A stretch of 60,580 nt of DNA, the filler included, from Dugesia japonica (lineage: Eukaryota), in the NCBI GenBank assembly GCA_001938525.1. It is 5 parts of 5 records of this genome, joined end to end, with 100 filler letters (N's around TTAATTAATTAA, not from the genome) between each part and the next. Parts side by side here need not be neighbours in the genome. Positions count along the whole stretch, not along the records: positions 35,578 to 51,461 come from MQRL01528443.1; positions 51,562 to 60,580 come from MQRL01607561.1; 3 more parts are not named here. One strand, 5' to 3'. Below, piece after piece: positions 38,483-51,580 of this stretch. A program made the position numbers and the translations under genes. Below the pieces are notes generated by a model, which was given only the letters and a program-made list of their open reading frames with translations, was not told the origin of the DNA and did not search any database. Position 1 is the stretch's first letter. Each line of letters begins with the position of its first letter.

Positions 38483-41400
38483 CGTTGAAAAAATGAAAGC
38501 ATTTTCTTTACTGGTTCATTGTGCGGATATTTCTCATCCAACTAAACAATGGGATCTTCATGAAAAGTGGACGCATTTATTAGTCGAAGAATTTTTTAGA
38601 CAAGTAAATTCGCATATTACTAAATAAAACTAAAATCTCTAATGATAGGGTGATCGTGAAAAGGAAATGGGTCTTTCTTGTTCACCTTTATGTGACAGAA
38701 ATACAACTGTTGTAGCGCAATCTCAAATAGGTAATAAATTTAATTTTGGGTTTTATTTTAGTTTTCTAGGTTTTATCGATTTCATTGTTGAACCAAGTTT
38801 TTTGCTTTTGGGTGATATGTTAGATCGAATGTTACAAATGGCACAGAATAATAAAGAGCAAGTACAAACTGATGAAGGTTATTTTTTCAAATAATTCCTT
38901 TAGATATGTTTTTTAATATTAAAATTTTTGTTAGATTATATCTGCACAAATTATTAGCATTTTTGACAATAGTTTTTCTTATGCTCCCGTTTGCTAAACA
39001 TTTATCGATCAAGTCTTCCACTTTTTTAAAGAACACCTCAAATTCTTCACCACCACGTCGATAGCTTACAGGATTCTGTAAATCTTNNNNNNNNTCTCTC
39101 TTGCTCTCAAAAGCTAATCGCAATCTCTCTCGATATCCATCCTCTTTCTTCAATGTCTTCACATATGCTTTCATTAAATCTTCATCAAGCATACATGTTA
39201 CCCAAAGTTCCTGATCTTTCTTAACAACGATGTTCTACGCCTCGAAGTATATTTCACATCGTTTAATAAACGTCTCTAGATCATCGCCTCTGCAAAATAT
39301 TTTTGGCAACAATCTCTCTGTGATCGCATCGGTGTTTACCTCTGCCATCATGTTAGATGAGTTTTAAGAATTCGCATTATCAACATCAAAATTCAACTCC
39401 ATAAAATTTATTTCAAAATAAAAACTATAAACTTAAATTTATATTTTCCAAACAAATTAAAAATTCATATTTAAAAAACGGAAAATGCTAAATATTTAAA
39501 TTCTTAAATATCTAATTTTAAAATACTAAAATAAACTTTTTTCATTCATTGAATTTTATATTTTATTATATTTAAAATATACTTGATTTTTAATTTTATT
39601 AATAATGAATTTTAAAACACTAAAATAAATATTTTTCATTCATTTAATTTTATATTTTATTTTATTTAAAAGTCTTTAAATTATAGTAATTTATTTTATA
39701 ATTTATTTTCCTGATACAAATTTAAATATACTTTTGATTTTAATAAATTCCGTTTGAAAATAAAAAATTTAAATCTGTTTTTATAAAAACTATCTTATAA
39801 CATGAATATTGTGTTCTTTCATAAGCTAAATCATTAAATTTATTTATTTCTCCATTTGGCAATCTTTTAGTCATACATGCTGAATAAAGACTACTTTCAT
39901 CTAAATAATACCATGATGAAGCACAGAATAATAATTGTGGAATTGATTTTGGAAGGGTATAGTACTTGCTCAATAAAGCAAATAATGACGGACAGGCATC
40001 ATATTGATGTGTCAAAGCGTGGCAAAAAAAATTTAATAAAATATAATAAAATCTTTTCATCTAATTTCAGATTTTTAATAATTGGTTCTTCTGGCTCAGG
40101 TAAAAATGTTTTCTTAATGAAAATGTTATTAAGTCCAGAGTTTTTAAATTATGAAACTTTAATAATTTATTCTAAAACTATAAATCTATTTCAATTGCAA
40201 TTGGTTTACTATGGTTTTGATAATGATTTAAGTAAACATTTTTATTTTTGTACGTCAAAATATAGTTCTTTAATATTTCCATTACAAGTTATACAATGGT
40301 TTATAGAATAAAAGTACTTGTCAAATAAACCTAGATCTATTAATGTATTTTTAAGTAATAAACCAAATGAAATTATTCCTTTGTGATAAATTATCTAAAC
40401 AGAAAATAAATTTAATAATTTTTAATGATGTTGTAAATGTGAAAGATCAAGAAATTCAAAAAAGTTATTTTACTAGAGGAAAACATGTAAATTGTAATGT
40501 TATTTATATTTCACAAACATATTTCCATTTAGACAAAAACTCTTATAGAAATAATTCTAATTGTTTTATATTTTTTAAATTCAACAAAACAGATAAGGAT
40601 AAGGTTTATTATGATTTATTTAGTAATATATTTTCTAGTAAAATGGAATATGATTATGTACTAAATTTACATTGGCAAATTAAATATAACTATTATTATT
40701 TAGATAGAGAAGTTGATGTTTTATTAGAAAACTTATTCGAAGAGAAGGAGGTGATTTAAAATAGGTGAAAGATGTGTAATTAATTTCTCCTCTTACCTCT
40801 TTGAAAGAGGTGAAAGAGGATTTAAATTTGGTTACTAAATATAAATAAGAATATTTTCATTATTTTTTTAAATAAAATCTCTTCAGTTTCAGAACAAAAA
40901 TTAATTGATTTGATAAATTCAAATAAATGTAATTCTGTAAAGATTAATGGTAAAACCTATTGGATTGGTAATAAAGTTAAAGAAATNNNNNNNNNNNNNN
41001 NNNNNNNNNNNNNNNNNNNNNNNNNNNGTGGATTTGCTTTTCTTGCTGCAATACCAGCTATAATTGCTGGTTTAGCATCAACAGCTAGAATTGTTTCAGG
41101 TCTTGCTAGTACAGTAAGTAATTCTAGAGATGCAATTAAAAAACAAAAAGAAACTGAATTAGTTGAGTTACTGAAAAAAGAAAAATTAATTCAAATAGAA
41201 AAATTAAATTCAGAATCAGAAAATAAAACTGGAAGTGGATTATATTTAAAACCTTATTAAGGAAGTGCAATTCATGAATATTAAAAAACTAGTTTACCAA
41301 ACTCAGAATTAAAGATGATTACTAAAAACTTTTAAAAAGGAGTACAAATAAAAACTAGTGGTGATGGCTTATATTTTAAACCTTATGAAAATGGATAGTG

Positions 41401-44400
41401 AAGAAATATTGGCAAGAATAAAACTTTTGAAAGAATTAATTAAAGCTCGAGATTATTATAATAATTTCTTAACTAGTAATGTAATAGAATCTAAAACTTA
41501 AGAAGACACTTTAACCTGTGAACAACAACCTACTATTAAAGCTATTGAAAAATTAAATACAAAATATATAAACCCTTTTGAAAATAGAATACCATTCTTT
41601 CCTAAACTTAATTTAAATATTGATAATTGATCTTAAACAATTATACCTATATTTAAAATAGAAGTTATTAATAACAAAAACTTTCAAAAAATAGTTTACC
41701 CACACAAAGAAGTATATTTATTTGAAGAAAATGGAAAGAAATACTTTTTAACAAAAGAAGAACTAATACCTTATTCTGAAGAAGTAATGTATTTAATTTT
41801 AGGAAATGGAAGTAATGATCCAGAAGGAAAATATATTTATTTAAATAAATAAAATATTAAATTTCCAACTAATTGTAACTTTTATAAATTTTTAACTGGG
41901 AAAAAAACTTCAAAAATACCAATGCTTAAAAAAGAAACTCTTATAAAAGAAATCCAAGAAGATATTATTCAAGATGAAGGTTAATAAAGCTTTAAAAGAT
42001 TATGAAGCTCCTTCAAATCGCAAGCAAATGCGAGTCGAAAGTGATATAATAACTTTATTTGAAAGATTAACATAATTAATTTCAGCAGTAAAAGCTGGTC
42101 ATAATAATCTACACAAAGAAATAAAATCAGTTTGTAAAGAATTATTAAACCAAGAATTAATTTTCCAAATAAAAATAATACGTTTATAAANATAAGTATT
42201 TTGTGTAGTGGTAGTTTTAATAAATTTAAAATAAAGAAAATATCTCATCAATTTTTAGTTGTTGAAAAAGAATCTAATTTAGAAGTTTAAGATTTCTAAT
42301 AGAATTAGATTCTGATTATGAAATGGGATTATTATGTTTTAGTTGTTATAATATAATTGTTAATGTTACTTGTTAGGAGTTTAAAAATAAAATCCTATTT
42401 GTAATTTTAAAAATCATCATTTTTAAATAGTTTTAATAAATTTAAAATTAATTATTATAGCCAGTAAATTTTTCAACATTAGAATATTAATTTTTTATTG
42501 TTAAATAAATTTTTAAGTTATTGAAATTATTTTATGTATATAGAAACTGAACCCAATAGCTTAGCGACAGCTAACATGGCGACTACTACCACGGATTTAT
42601 TAATCAGCAGATTATTACCTGAGAGATTCTACAGAAAGGATAACCTAGAAGAATTCATTACAGATTGCCAACAATTTTTCAGAGTCACCAATACAAATCT
42701 GAAGATGCAGAAAAGTTTTGTAACTACCTTGTTGGATAAAGAATTGTTTGAGAAATACGAAACAGTATAAGGAAAATCGTTTGAAGAAAAGCTCAGAAAT
42801 GCCTTCCAAAAACCAAGTTCCTTAATTGAAGATCTAAAAGAAGCTTTAGGTTATGAACAAGGCAACNATTCGGCAGAGATATTCATCGATTAAAATCAAA
42901 AATTTGACAAAAAAGTTAATTATTCATAAATGGGACGAAGAAGAAATAGAAAAATGCTTATTAATGCACTGTGTTGGAGATAAAGAAGTAAAAACAGTAA
43001 TAGAAATGAGAGAATTAAGAACATCAAAACAAATCAGATCAACACTAACGAATGTTGAAAATGTAAATAAAGCAATTGTTAATATCAATGTTCTTAGAAC
43101 CTCAACAACAAAGAATGTCCGAAGTTATACATATGTGATACAGAAGGGACAGTTAAGAGATGCAAATATGAAAATAAATAAATATGATGAAAATAGACGA
43201 ATTCTAGTTTGTTGGACAGGCCAAAAACCAGGGCATATAAACAGTGATTGCCAAATGAAAAGAAGTTTTCAATGCTATGCATGTACAGCATTTGAACACA
43301 TGCGCAGAGAATGCCCAACAATTCAGTGTGGAAGATGTCTTCTGCTGGGACATAAAACAACAAAGTGTTACACAAATTTAGAAAGAAGACAGAAAGCGAG
43401 AATAGTTGATAATATAAATTATAATAGACATGATGATTTCAGAAATCAGAGTAATGAGACTAGAGATTTCATAAACAGAGATCAACAGAGGAACAAACAA
43501 AATAAAAAATGATATCAGGTATCAGTTCTAATGGGGATACACCAGTAGAAGAACAAACAATGAACTAACTGGGGAATATGAAGCAATAAATTACCCAAAA
43601 GGTTATGCTCCTTCCAGAGAGGCAATAGTCGAAGCAATTTATTAGGTAATTTTGAAGTTGATAATGATATTGGCTATGATAATGTAAATAAAATAGAGTA
43701 TTTTAATTTAAGTAATAATAATATTAAAAAATCATCTAGTAATAAATTATGTAATATGTATAGTAATAATTTTTTTAATTCTAAATATGATAATTATCTT
43801 GTAAATAATAATGATAACAATGAATATATTGAATGGAGAGTTACAGAGAAGATTTATAAATTTATTAAGAAAGATAATAATGTAAATGAAAATGAAATAA
43901 TAGAAGGTATTTCGATAAGCAAATTTTAACTATAGATGAAAGGAAACGACAAAGAATAACCTATAATAAAACGCTAGGCAGATCAAGTATAACGATATTT
44001 ATCCAGGGTCGTAAGATGGAGTGTCTATTAGATACAGGTGACCGTGTTAACGTATTATCAAAAACAATACTAGATAAATTAGAAGATGTAGAAATAATTT
44101 AAACCGATGAGTTATTAAGATGTGCGAATGATAGTAAATTAGAAAAAATGGGTAAAATTCATGTTAATGTCAAATTAGGAAATGAAGAGAAGAAAATAAC
44201 ATTCATAGAGGTAAAAACTATTATTCCGGATATTATTAAAGGTATTTAGCGTAAAAATCAATTCGGTATAGAACTGACATGGATAGAGAAAACAAAAGAA
44301 AGAACAGAATATTTTATATGGGATATAGAAGCAAAGTATGGCAGAAAAATCAAGGATGATGAAAGATTACGATGTGCTATAGAAATTTTGAAATTGAGCA

Positions 44401-47400
44401 AAAATATTAGATTAATGAAAATCGCGCAAAGAAATAAAAATATCTTCATAGCAGACAAGTGGGATATTGGGTGCACGGCTTTAATTGAACACGGAATTAA
44501 AACAAATGGAGTGCCGATAAATATAAAACCAAGGAGGCAGCCTGTAAATTTAGAAGGAAAAATAAATGAGGCTTTAAAAAATTTAGAGGACAATGATATA
44601 ATCAGGAGATACAACTCACCTTGGAATATACCTTTGGTATGTGTATGGAAACAAAGAAAGAAAGATATCAGATTGTGTCTAGATTTTAGACAATTGAATC
44701 AAATTACGGAAAGACAAGCATTCCTTATGCCAAATGTCGAAGACATTTTGGATACATTACATGGAGCTAAATATTTTAACTCCGTCGATCTAGGAAACGC
44801 TTATTACCAAGTAAGGTTTGATAAAAAATCGCAAGAAAAAACGGCTATTTCCACAAAGGAGGGTCAATTTTGTTTCAATAGAATGCAATTTGGCAATACA
44901 GCAGCTCCTGCAACCTTCCAAGAATTGATGAATAAGATATTAAAAGAGATGTGGAAGGACGGAGTAATGGTATACTTAGATGACATTTTGATTTTTACTG
45001 ATTCAATGGAAATACAATATATTATATTGGAAAAGGTTTTGAAGACAATTATAGATGTAGGAATCAGAGCTAATCCAGCAAAAAGCCAACTGTTAAAAAG
45101 AGAAGTTAAGTTTTTAGTTCACATTATAAACGATAAAGGTATTCAAACAGATGCGAGTAAAATAGAAATTATCCAGTCATTTCAAAGACTAAAATGTGTA
45201 AAAAACTTGAGGAGTTTCTTAGGCATATGCAATTATTATCAGACGTTTATTGGGGATTATGCAAAGAAATCAAAAGCATTAGAAGCTATGTGTGGGAAAA
45301 ATAATTCAAAATTGATATGGTCTGATTTGTGTGAAAAGCATACGAAGAAATGAAATTAGCATTAATAAGCTATCCAATATTGATATTCCCAGATTTCCGA
45401 AAAGAATGTTTACTCGACACCAATGCAAGTTTTGATACCATTGAAGCAGTATTATCTCAAAATTGATGAATACGGACATGAACATGTAATATCATATGGA
45501 TCTCATTCCATGAATGATCATGAANNNNNNNNNNNNNNNNNNNNNNNNNNNNNNNNNNNNNNNNNNNNNNNNNNNNNNNNNNNNNNNNNNNNNNNNNNNN
45601 NNNNNNNNNNNNNNNNNNNNNNNNNNNNNNNNNNNNNNNNNNNNNNNNNNNNNNNNNNNNNNNNNNNNNNNNNNNNNNNNNNNNNNNNNNNNNNNNNNNN
45701 NNNNNNNNNNNNNNNNNNNNNGAATTTAGAAAAGGTACAGCACATAGTAATGCAGATATGTTTTCAAGAAATAAATGTGGAACACGCGTGCAATGTCTAA
45801 TGGACCATGACCAACCAAAAGTAGGGTGATTAAAAACGAGATTATTAACCATCATTGCGGAAGATAATGGTGAAAATTGGCAAAATAATAGGGAAAATAA
45901 TTGAGGGGTATTATAGACAGGAGACTGCTACATTTATTGTTGAAGATGGTATTGTTTACACAAAACATAACAAGATATGGGTCCCGTCGTGCAATAGACA
46001 AGAAATGATTAAAGAGACTCATGTTTTACTGTGTCATGCAGGAGCAGAAAATACAATGAAATATATTAAAAATAATTTTGATATGAAGGATTTGGTTGTT
46101 GAATGAAAATGAATTATATGAGAATGTGATCAATGTCGAAAGACAAAGATAGTAACGACAAAAGTAAATGAAGAAACTAAAGTAGTAGTGGTAAATGAAC
46201 CGTTGGAGAAAATATATATGGATATTTGTGAACCGTGGAAAGAAGACGAGAGAGATATATTTGTGCAATTATTGACCATTACAGTAAATAAATGATATTA
46301 ACTGCTATAAATAAACAAGATGAAAAGACAATAGTCCAAGTTTTACTGAATAATTGGATACTAAAATTTNNNNNNNNNNNNNNNNNNNNNNNNNNNNNNN
46401 NNNNNNNNTTTGAAGCAAAGGGTGTAAAGGAAGTGACAAGTGCAGCAGGAATTGAGCTAATATTCTCTAGTCCATACCATCACAAAACCAATGGCATGAT
46501 GAAAAGACAGTTTTGAACCATTAGAGAATACATAAATGCATCATTAAAACATCGACTTAATACAGATTGTGCAGATATAATTCCGGAAATTGAGTACACT
46601 TTGAATTCGACAACTCAGAAAACCAACGGAGTAAGTCCAGCAGAAATTGTATTTGGAATAAAAATTAATAGATCAAAATGGTTTAGTAACAGCAAAGTAG
46701 ATAGAGAAGCAATGATGATGAAAATTGAAACACAAAAGAAGGAATATAACATAAGAATAGCACGGAATTTGAATGTTGGAGACGATGTTCTAATTAAGCA
46801 AGAAATACGTAATAAAGATCAAAATAGATTTGTAGAACCATATACGGTCGTCGAAGATTAAAGATTTTTAAAAATCGGGATGTTAGGAGTTAAAAAATAA
46901 ACTCCTATTTGTAATTTTAAAAATCATCATTTAGAAATCGGTTATTGAAGTAACCAATTTTTTTATATTTTGTTTGATTTTTAGATTTTAATTTTTAGAA
47001 ATTATTACCATGGTAAATAAGTTTAAGAAATCATTTCGATTTTTTATTGTTTTCATTTAAGAAATTAATTGCACAACTTTTTTCATTTTAGAGATTTGAG
47101 AAAGTTGTATACTGCAGTATACACTTTTTTCATTTGTAGAGATTTTTAAGTTTTTAGATTTTAAATTTTTAGATTTTAAAAATAGTGAGATTCGCTCACA
47201 TTAAATTACATTTTAAATTTCGTTTTAATTTATCTAACATTAAATGCCACTGCTTATAAATTTTATAATAAACTTATTTCCTTGTTGTCAAGTTCTTACA
47301 CCATTGCTTTCAATTAATCTCTTATCATCATAACCTGTTAAAGCTATTTTCTTTTGTTCAATTAATTATATTTCATGTTTATTTGATTTTAAAGTATAAT

Positions 47401-48557
47401 TAGTTCTATAAATTATTTCTTTTGGATTATTTAAAACTTTATCAAAATTTCTCATTCTTATCTCATAAATTTAGAAACACCTTTATGTATTTTATCCAAT
47501 TTTATATCATCTCGATCCATAACTTTTTGATTTTATAAAATCACATTTGATTATTTCTGAATTTGGCTTTTCGTCTTTAATTTTAAATAAATTATTACCC
47601 AATAAACTTTCAACTTGTCTTAAATTATTTTTTCGAATTATTTCTATAAAAATTGAATCTGTATCACTATAATGAATTTTATATTTACCTGGGATCTTTA
47701 CATCTAACTGTTTATATATAAAGTCATAAATTACTTCTTTAGCATATTCCAAAATAATAAAACCAATGGATGGAAATTTTATTATATTTTAATTCTGTTT
47801 GTCTCAAATGAATTGCAGCTGTTTGAGCTTCACTTGTTTCTGAGCATGTAAATATTTTGCTAGATCTTAAGTTTATTTTTGAAGCAAATTTCTGATAATC
47901 TTTATCAGTTCCAACTATTTCTACTTTACATATTTTTCTAATATCTTCTAAAGGTTTTCCATAAAATGCATTATTTAATAATTTAAAGAAATAATCTCCA
48001 AACATATCGGTATTTCTTTTTGATATATTTCTTTGATTAATATTAAATTCAATATAATCTTTTAACCAAGGTTTTGTTTGTATTTTATATTTACTATGAA
48101 TTGTTTTTATTTTCATTCCTAAAGATAAATATAAATATAAGATTTCTAAAGTACTTCCCAAAACAATATAATTTTGTTTGTCGAATTCATTCAATGTTAA
48201 TTTAATATTTTTCTTACTCAACTTTTTATTAAATGATAATTGATAAGGAGCTAACATTTCTTGAGTTATGTTTATTCTATCTGGAGCTATGTGTAGAATC
48301 ATTACCTAATAAACTATAAAATTTTGGAGTACTGCATGTAATTACTTAATCGTATTAATTTACGTCAACGGGAAGTTACCTGTGCGCTCATATCCGCCTA
48401 CTTTAATGAATTTTAAATTTATGCTATTCAAAGTTTATTTGTAAATTTTAATACTTACATTTTTTGTTTTATAGATATTAAGATTCAAAGACCTTGGATT
48501 CGATATATCAATGAAAATAAAGAAGCTTGGAAATCAAGAGCTAATAAAAAAGAATAA
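38483..48557 (+). CDS. PDE1: PDE1-like cyclic nucleotide phosphodiesterase, 3' exons (38483-38603, 38649-38730, 38770-38877, 48475-48557)
   Basis: Spliced: KAFSLLVHCADISHPTKQWDLHEKWTHLLVEEFFRQ/GDREKEMGLSCSPLCDRNTTVVAQSQIG/FIDFIVEPSF.../DIKIQRPWIRYINENKEAWKSRA; introns of 45, 39 and about 9600 nt, GT-AG, phases consistent. Confidence 0.88.
38930..39350 (-). pseudogene. Ty3/gypsy gag 5' fragment
   Basis: ERLLPKIFCRGDDLETFIKRCEIYF...MLDEDL; homologous to gag at 42576. Confidence 0.75.
39984..40759 (+). pseudogene. Polinton 2 packaging ATPase
   Basis: FLIIGSSGSGKN, LIIFNDV, FTRGKHVNCNVIYISQTY; clearly homologous to 21261-22036. Confidence 0.9.
40870..41390 (+). pseudogene. Polinton 2 pX-like protein
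   Basis: GFAFLAAIPAIIAGLAST..., GSGLYLKPY; homologous to 14548-15228. Confidence 0.75.
41391..42200 (+). pseudogene. Polinton 2 conserved hypothetical protein
   Basis: QQPTIKAI; LFERLT*LISAVKAGHNNLHKEIKSVCKEL; homologous to 15279-16162. Confidence 0.65.
42241..42370 (+). pseudogene. Polinton 2 penton 5' end, cut by LTR insertion
   Basis: SHQFLVVEKES...IELDSDYEMGLLCFSCYNIIVNVT matches the penton at 16178 and stops at the LTR TG at 42371. Confidence 0.85.
42576..43512 (+). pseudogene. gag: Gypsy gag
   Basis: LLPERFYRKDNLEEFITDC; three degenerate CCHC knuckles; stop and frameshift. Confidence 0.85.
43970..46861 (+). pseudogene. pol: Gypsy pol (PR-RT-RNaseH-INT)
   Basis: CLLDTG; SPWNIP, RLCLDFRQLN, DLGNAYYQV, YLDD; LRSFLGICNYY; HVLLCHAG; SSPYHHKTNG; SPAEIVFG. 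Confidence 0.95.
47230..48302 (-). pseudogene. polB: Polinton 2 pPolB C-terminal half
   Basis: KLLNNAFYGK, HYSDTDS, KSKSY, KKIALTGYDDKR; homologous to 13470-14543. Confidence 0.92.
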
Positions 48558-49699
48558 GGGAAAACTTTTCATTCGTAATAAAATAAATTTAAATGCATTA
48601 TTAGTACATCAAATTGCTTGAATTAATTAAGTCATGTGATAAAAAATTCTAATTACAAATGTTTGCTTAGTTAGTTTTAATGTGTTTATTAATAATTCAA
48701 ATCTTTTACAATAAACCAAATATTTCAATTTCGATGTCAATGGACGAAAAAATGTAAATACTTAAATTTGATACACCCTCCAAATAAATATAATTAGATC
48801 GCATTGAATGAAAAACAGTATTTATCTAAACTAAAAAATATATTTGGTTTTGGAGTTTTAAGGTATATATAAACATAATAATACCTTGCTTTTCATTATT
48901 TTATCTCAATAGATTTTTAGTCTTCAAAGGGGCTGTGTAAATTTAGGTTTAGGCAACTAATTTTGGGTCTAATATATTGAAAGAAATTGTACGTTTTGGC
49001 TAATCAAAAATTTAAAAAGCCAAAATAAATTTTAAAATTTTATTCAAAATACTAAAAACTATATGTATTAAAGAAATAATATAAATAAATAATAATAATA
49101 AAGAAATAATCAGCAGAAAAGGTTGGCGTCATTCATCTTTATTTTAAAATTTATTTTTTAATTAAAGAAAATTTAATTAATTTCTATTTTATATTTAATT
49201 CAAACAAATAATCATTATTTCAGTGCTTTTATTGGGATTTATTTAAACTAAACCTCGTAGAAGTGTGCATCAACATTTTGACCAATAGATGACATTTATA
49301 TGAACGCTTGCTAAAATTAGATCGTGGCGCAGTGTTACATCCACACCAATGAAGTGATCAAGAAATATCACAATCTGCTTGGTCGACACATAAATAAGTG
49401 ATATAGTAACCTGCATTTTGATTGGTTGAAAGTGAATTTAAAAAGTCAATTCCTAACGAAGACAGTCGAAATTTAGAATTATTATCCAAAACAAATCGAT
49501 TCAAAAATGTTCGAATCAAATTATTAAACGAATTAATAATTAAGTCAATAAATTTTGGAATAATAAAAATAAATTGCAACAAATCCAAATAATTTATCAA
49601 CAATGGAATAGTTAAATCAGTAATAACAGACATCTTGAAATTGGAAAATATATATTTATTTACACTTTAATATATAAACAAATTTTCAAGGTCAAATCA

Positions 49700-50340
49700 A
49701 TTTCCAACGTCTCCGACTCTTTCAGATTTTTAACACCTTTTCAACCTTTATATACGTCTGTATTTCGAACCTTCTGAATTCTGTAATCTTACATGATGAG
49801 ATGATAAGAATTCCATAATTTCGAAAGGCCTGTCATATATAATCGTTTTACCGGATCTCTCTTTACCAGATCTTTATCTCCAACTTTAAATTCCCTTCAA
49901 CTCGGTTTCCTTCTTGATTGATAATTTTTTCCGAAGCTTCGTTCAGTTTACTTTCGGCCTTTTCCAGAATTTCTTTACGGTTACTCTTGAATTCTTTCGT
50001 TGAATCAATATTAATTGTCCTTCCATAGATAACTTCCACCGGAGAGAATCCTGTCGCCTTTGATATCGTGCAATTGAATAGAAAACTCAACTTTTGAATG
50101 AATTTCATCCCAACCCTTCTTTTCTTCTCCAGATTTCAAAAATATTACTATCATATATCTGACAGTTCTAATTGCGCGTTCTGCTTAACCATATGACTTA
50201 TACTCATGGGGAGATGTAAATGTCCACGAAATATAAAATCTTGAAGCAAACTCTTGTAAAACCTTTCCTTCAAACACTCTTCCTCGATCAGAAACAATAC
50301 GTTTAGGTTTTCCATATTTGTAACTCCAGTTATTTAACAA
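49700..50340 (-). pseudogene. Gypsy integrase C-terminal fragment
   Basis: NNWSYKYGKPKRIVSDRGRVFEG, SPHEY, KATGFSPVEVIYG. Confidence 0.8.
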
Positions 50341-50479
50341 AGCACTTTAAAAAAACTCAAAATGAAAATTTAAAACAATTACTTATTAGTCATTTAATTT
50401 TTTCATTCCTATTTAAATCTTTTTTAAATAAAGGATTTCAAGAAAACTATCACAAACTTCACAAAAATTTCAACTCGCT

Positions 50480-51050
50480 TTTCAAAACATACTCACATCT
50501 TCCTTTTTCTACGTTTTTTTCGAGACTTTTTCCAACTGTATCTTCAAGGATGTAACATCTGTCGTGAAACTTTCCTTTAATCTTTTAAGGTCCTTTAAAA
50601 CAATCTAAGTTCTTGTCTCTTGTTTCAACTTTGACTAAAGCCTAATCACCGACCTCGAGTTGTCTTTTGGTTAGTATCTCTTCATCTTGCTCTTTGTGCA
50701 CTCTNTGAGTATTTGTTTCGCACCATTTTTTTCTGCTTATTCTTTTCCCAAATACAATTTCAGCTGGGCTATTTCCTATGGTTTCCCGCAATACATTGCC
50801 CAATATGAGGTTTGCATTTCTTTTACTGTCGCATTTATCATGTCTCAAATAGTTCTAGATTGTCTTGCAATTTTTCCATCAGTGTTATGATGATATGGAC
50901 TCGAAAACCTGAGAGTAATGCCATGTTCAGCTGTAAAATCTTCCAATGATTTTGACTCAAATACTCTTCCACAATCAACTTTAATCTCCCTCTGACACTT
51001 GAACTTTAATAACCACTTCTCCATTATTGTCTTGTCATTTCTATCAAAAC
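50480..51050 (-). pseudogene. Gypsy integrase C-terminal fragment
   Basis: IKVDCGRVFES, FSSPYHHNTDG, SPAEIVFG, LEVGD; homology ends at about 51050. Confidence 0.85.
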
Positions 51051-51580
51051 TATATACGTGTTGGGATGAGACACCGGGTACCGAAAATAAAAATTGCGAC
51101 AAGTAGACTCGAAGTTAAAAAATTGTCGTCAGAAAAGAAAGCGAAGCATTCAGACCTAAGAAGAAAATAGTTCAGTGAAAGAAGAAAAAAATTTTTAAAA
51201 AACCGAGATTGTTAGTTAAAACCAACGAAATAATCAACAAAACTCAAAATTTACAACAAGAAACCACTCAGAAAAAAACAGACCAAAGAAGAAAAAAAGT
51301 AATAGAAGTTGTAGCAGGACAAAGAAAGATAATGAATAACCATTATTTCGTCGGGCAAAATCAAGAAAATGGAATTAATTATTAATTATTAAATAATTTA
51401 AATGAAGAAAACAGTGAAATTAAATTAAAACCAAATCAAGGAACAAAGAAATGAACACTTANNNNNNNNNNNNNNNNNNNNNNNNNNNNNNNNNNNNNNN
51501 NNNNNTTAATTAATTAANNNNNNNNNNNNNNNNNNNNNNNNNNNNNNNNNNNNNNNNNNNNACAGAAATCATCACTTTAT

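Larger units (their letters stand above)
42371..46932 (+). mobile_element. Ty3/gypsy LTR retrotransposon, decayed, near full length
   Basis: Direct repeats TGTTAGGAGTT...AAATCATCATTT at 42371-42422 and 46881-46932 enclosing gag and PR-RT-RH-INT. Confidence 0.92.

Noticed and set aside
39740-40060. Minus-strand 106-aa ORF beside the Polinton 2 ATPase
   Set aside because: Partly antisense to the ATPase and no recognisable motif
49290-49360. Possible snRNA-like stretch (CTAAAATTAGATCG)
   Set aside because: Only a few bases resemble U6; no ACAGAGA box or supporting structure
10502-51517. Recurrent palindrome TTAATTAATTAA inside N-runs
   Set aside because: Six-frame stop scaffold linker, not biological
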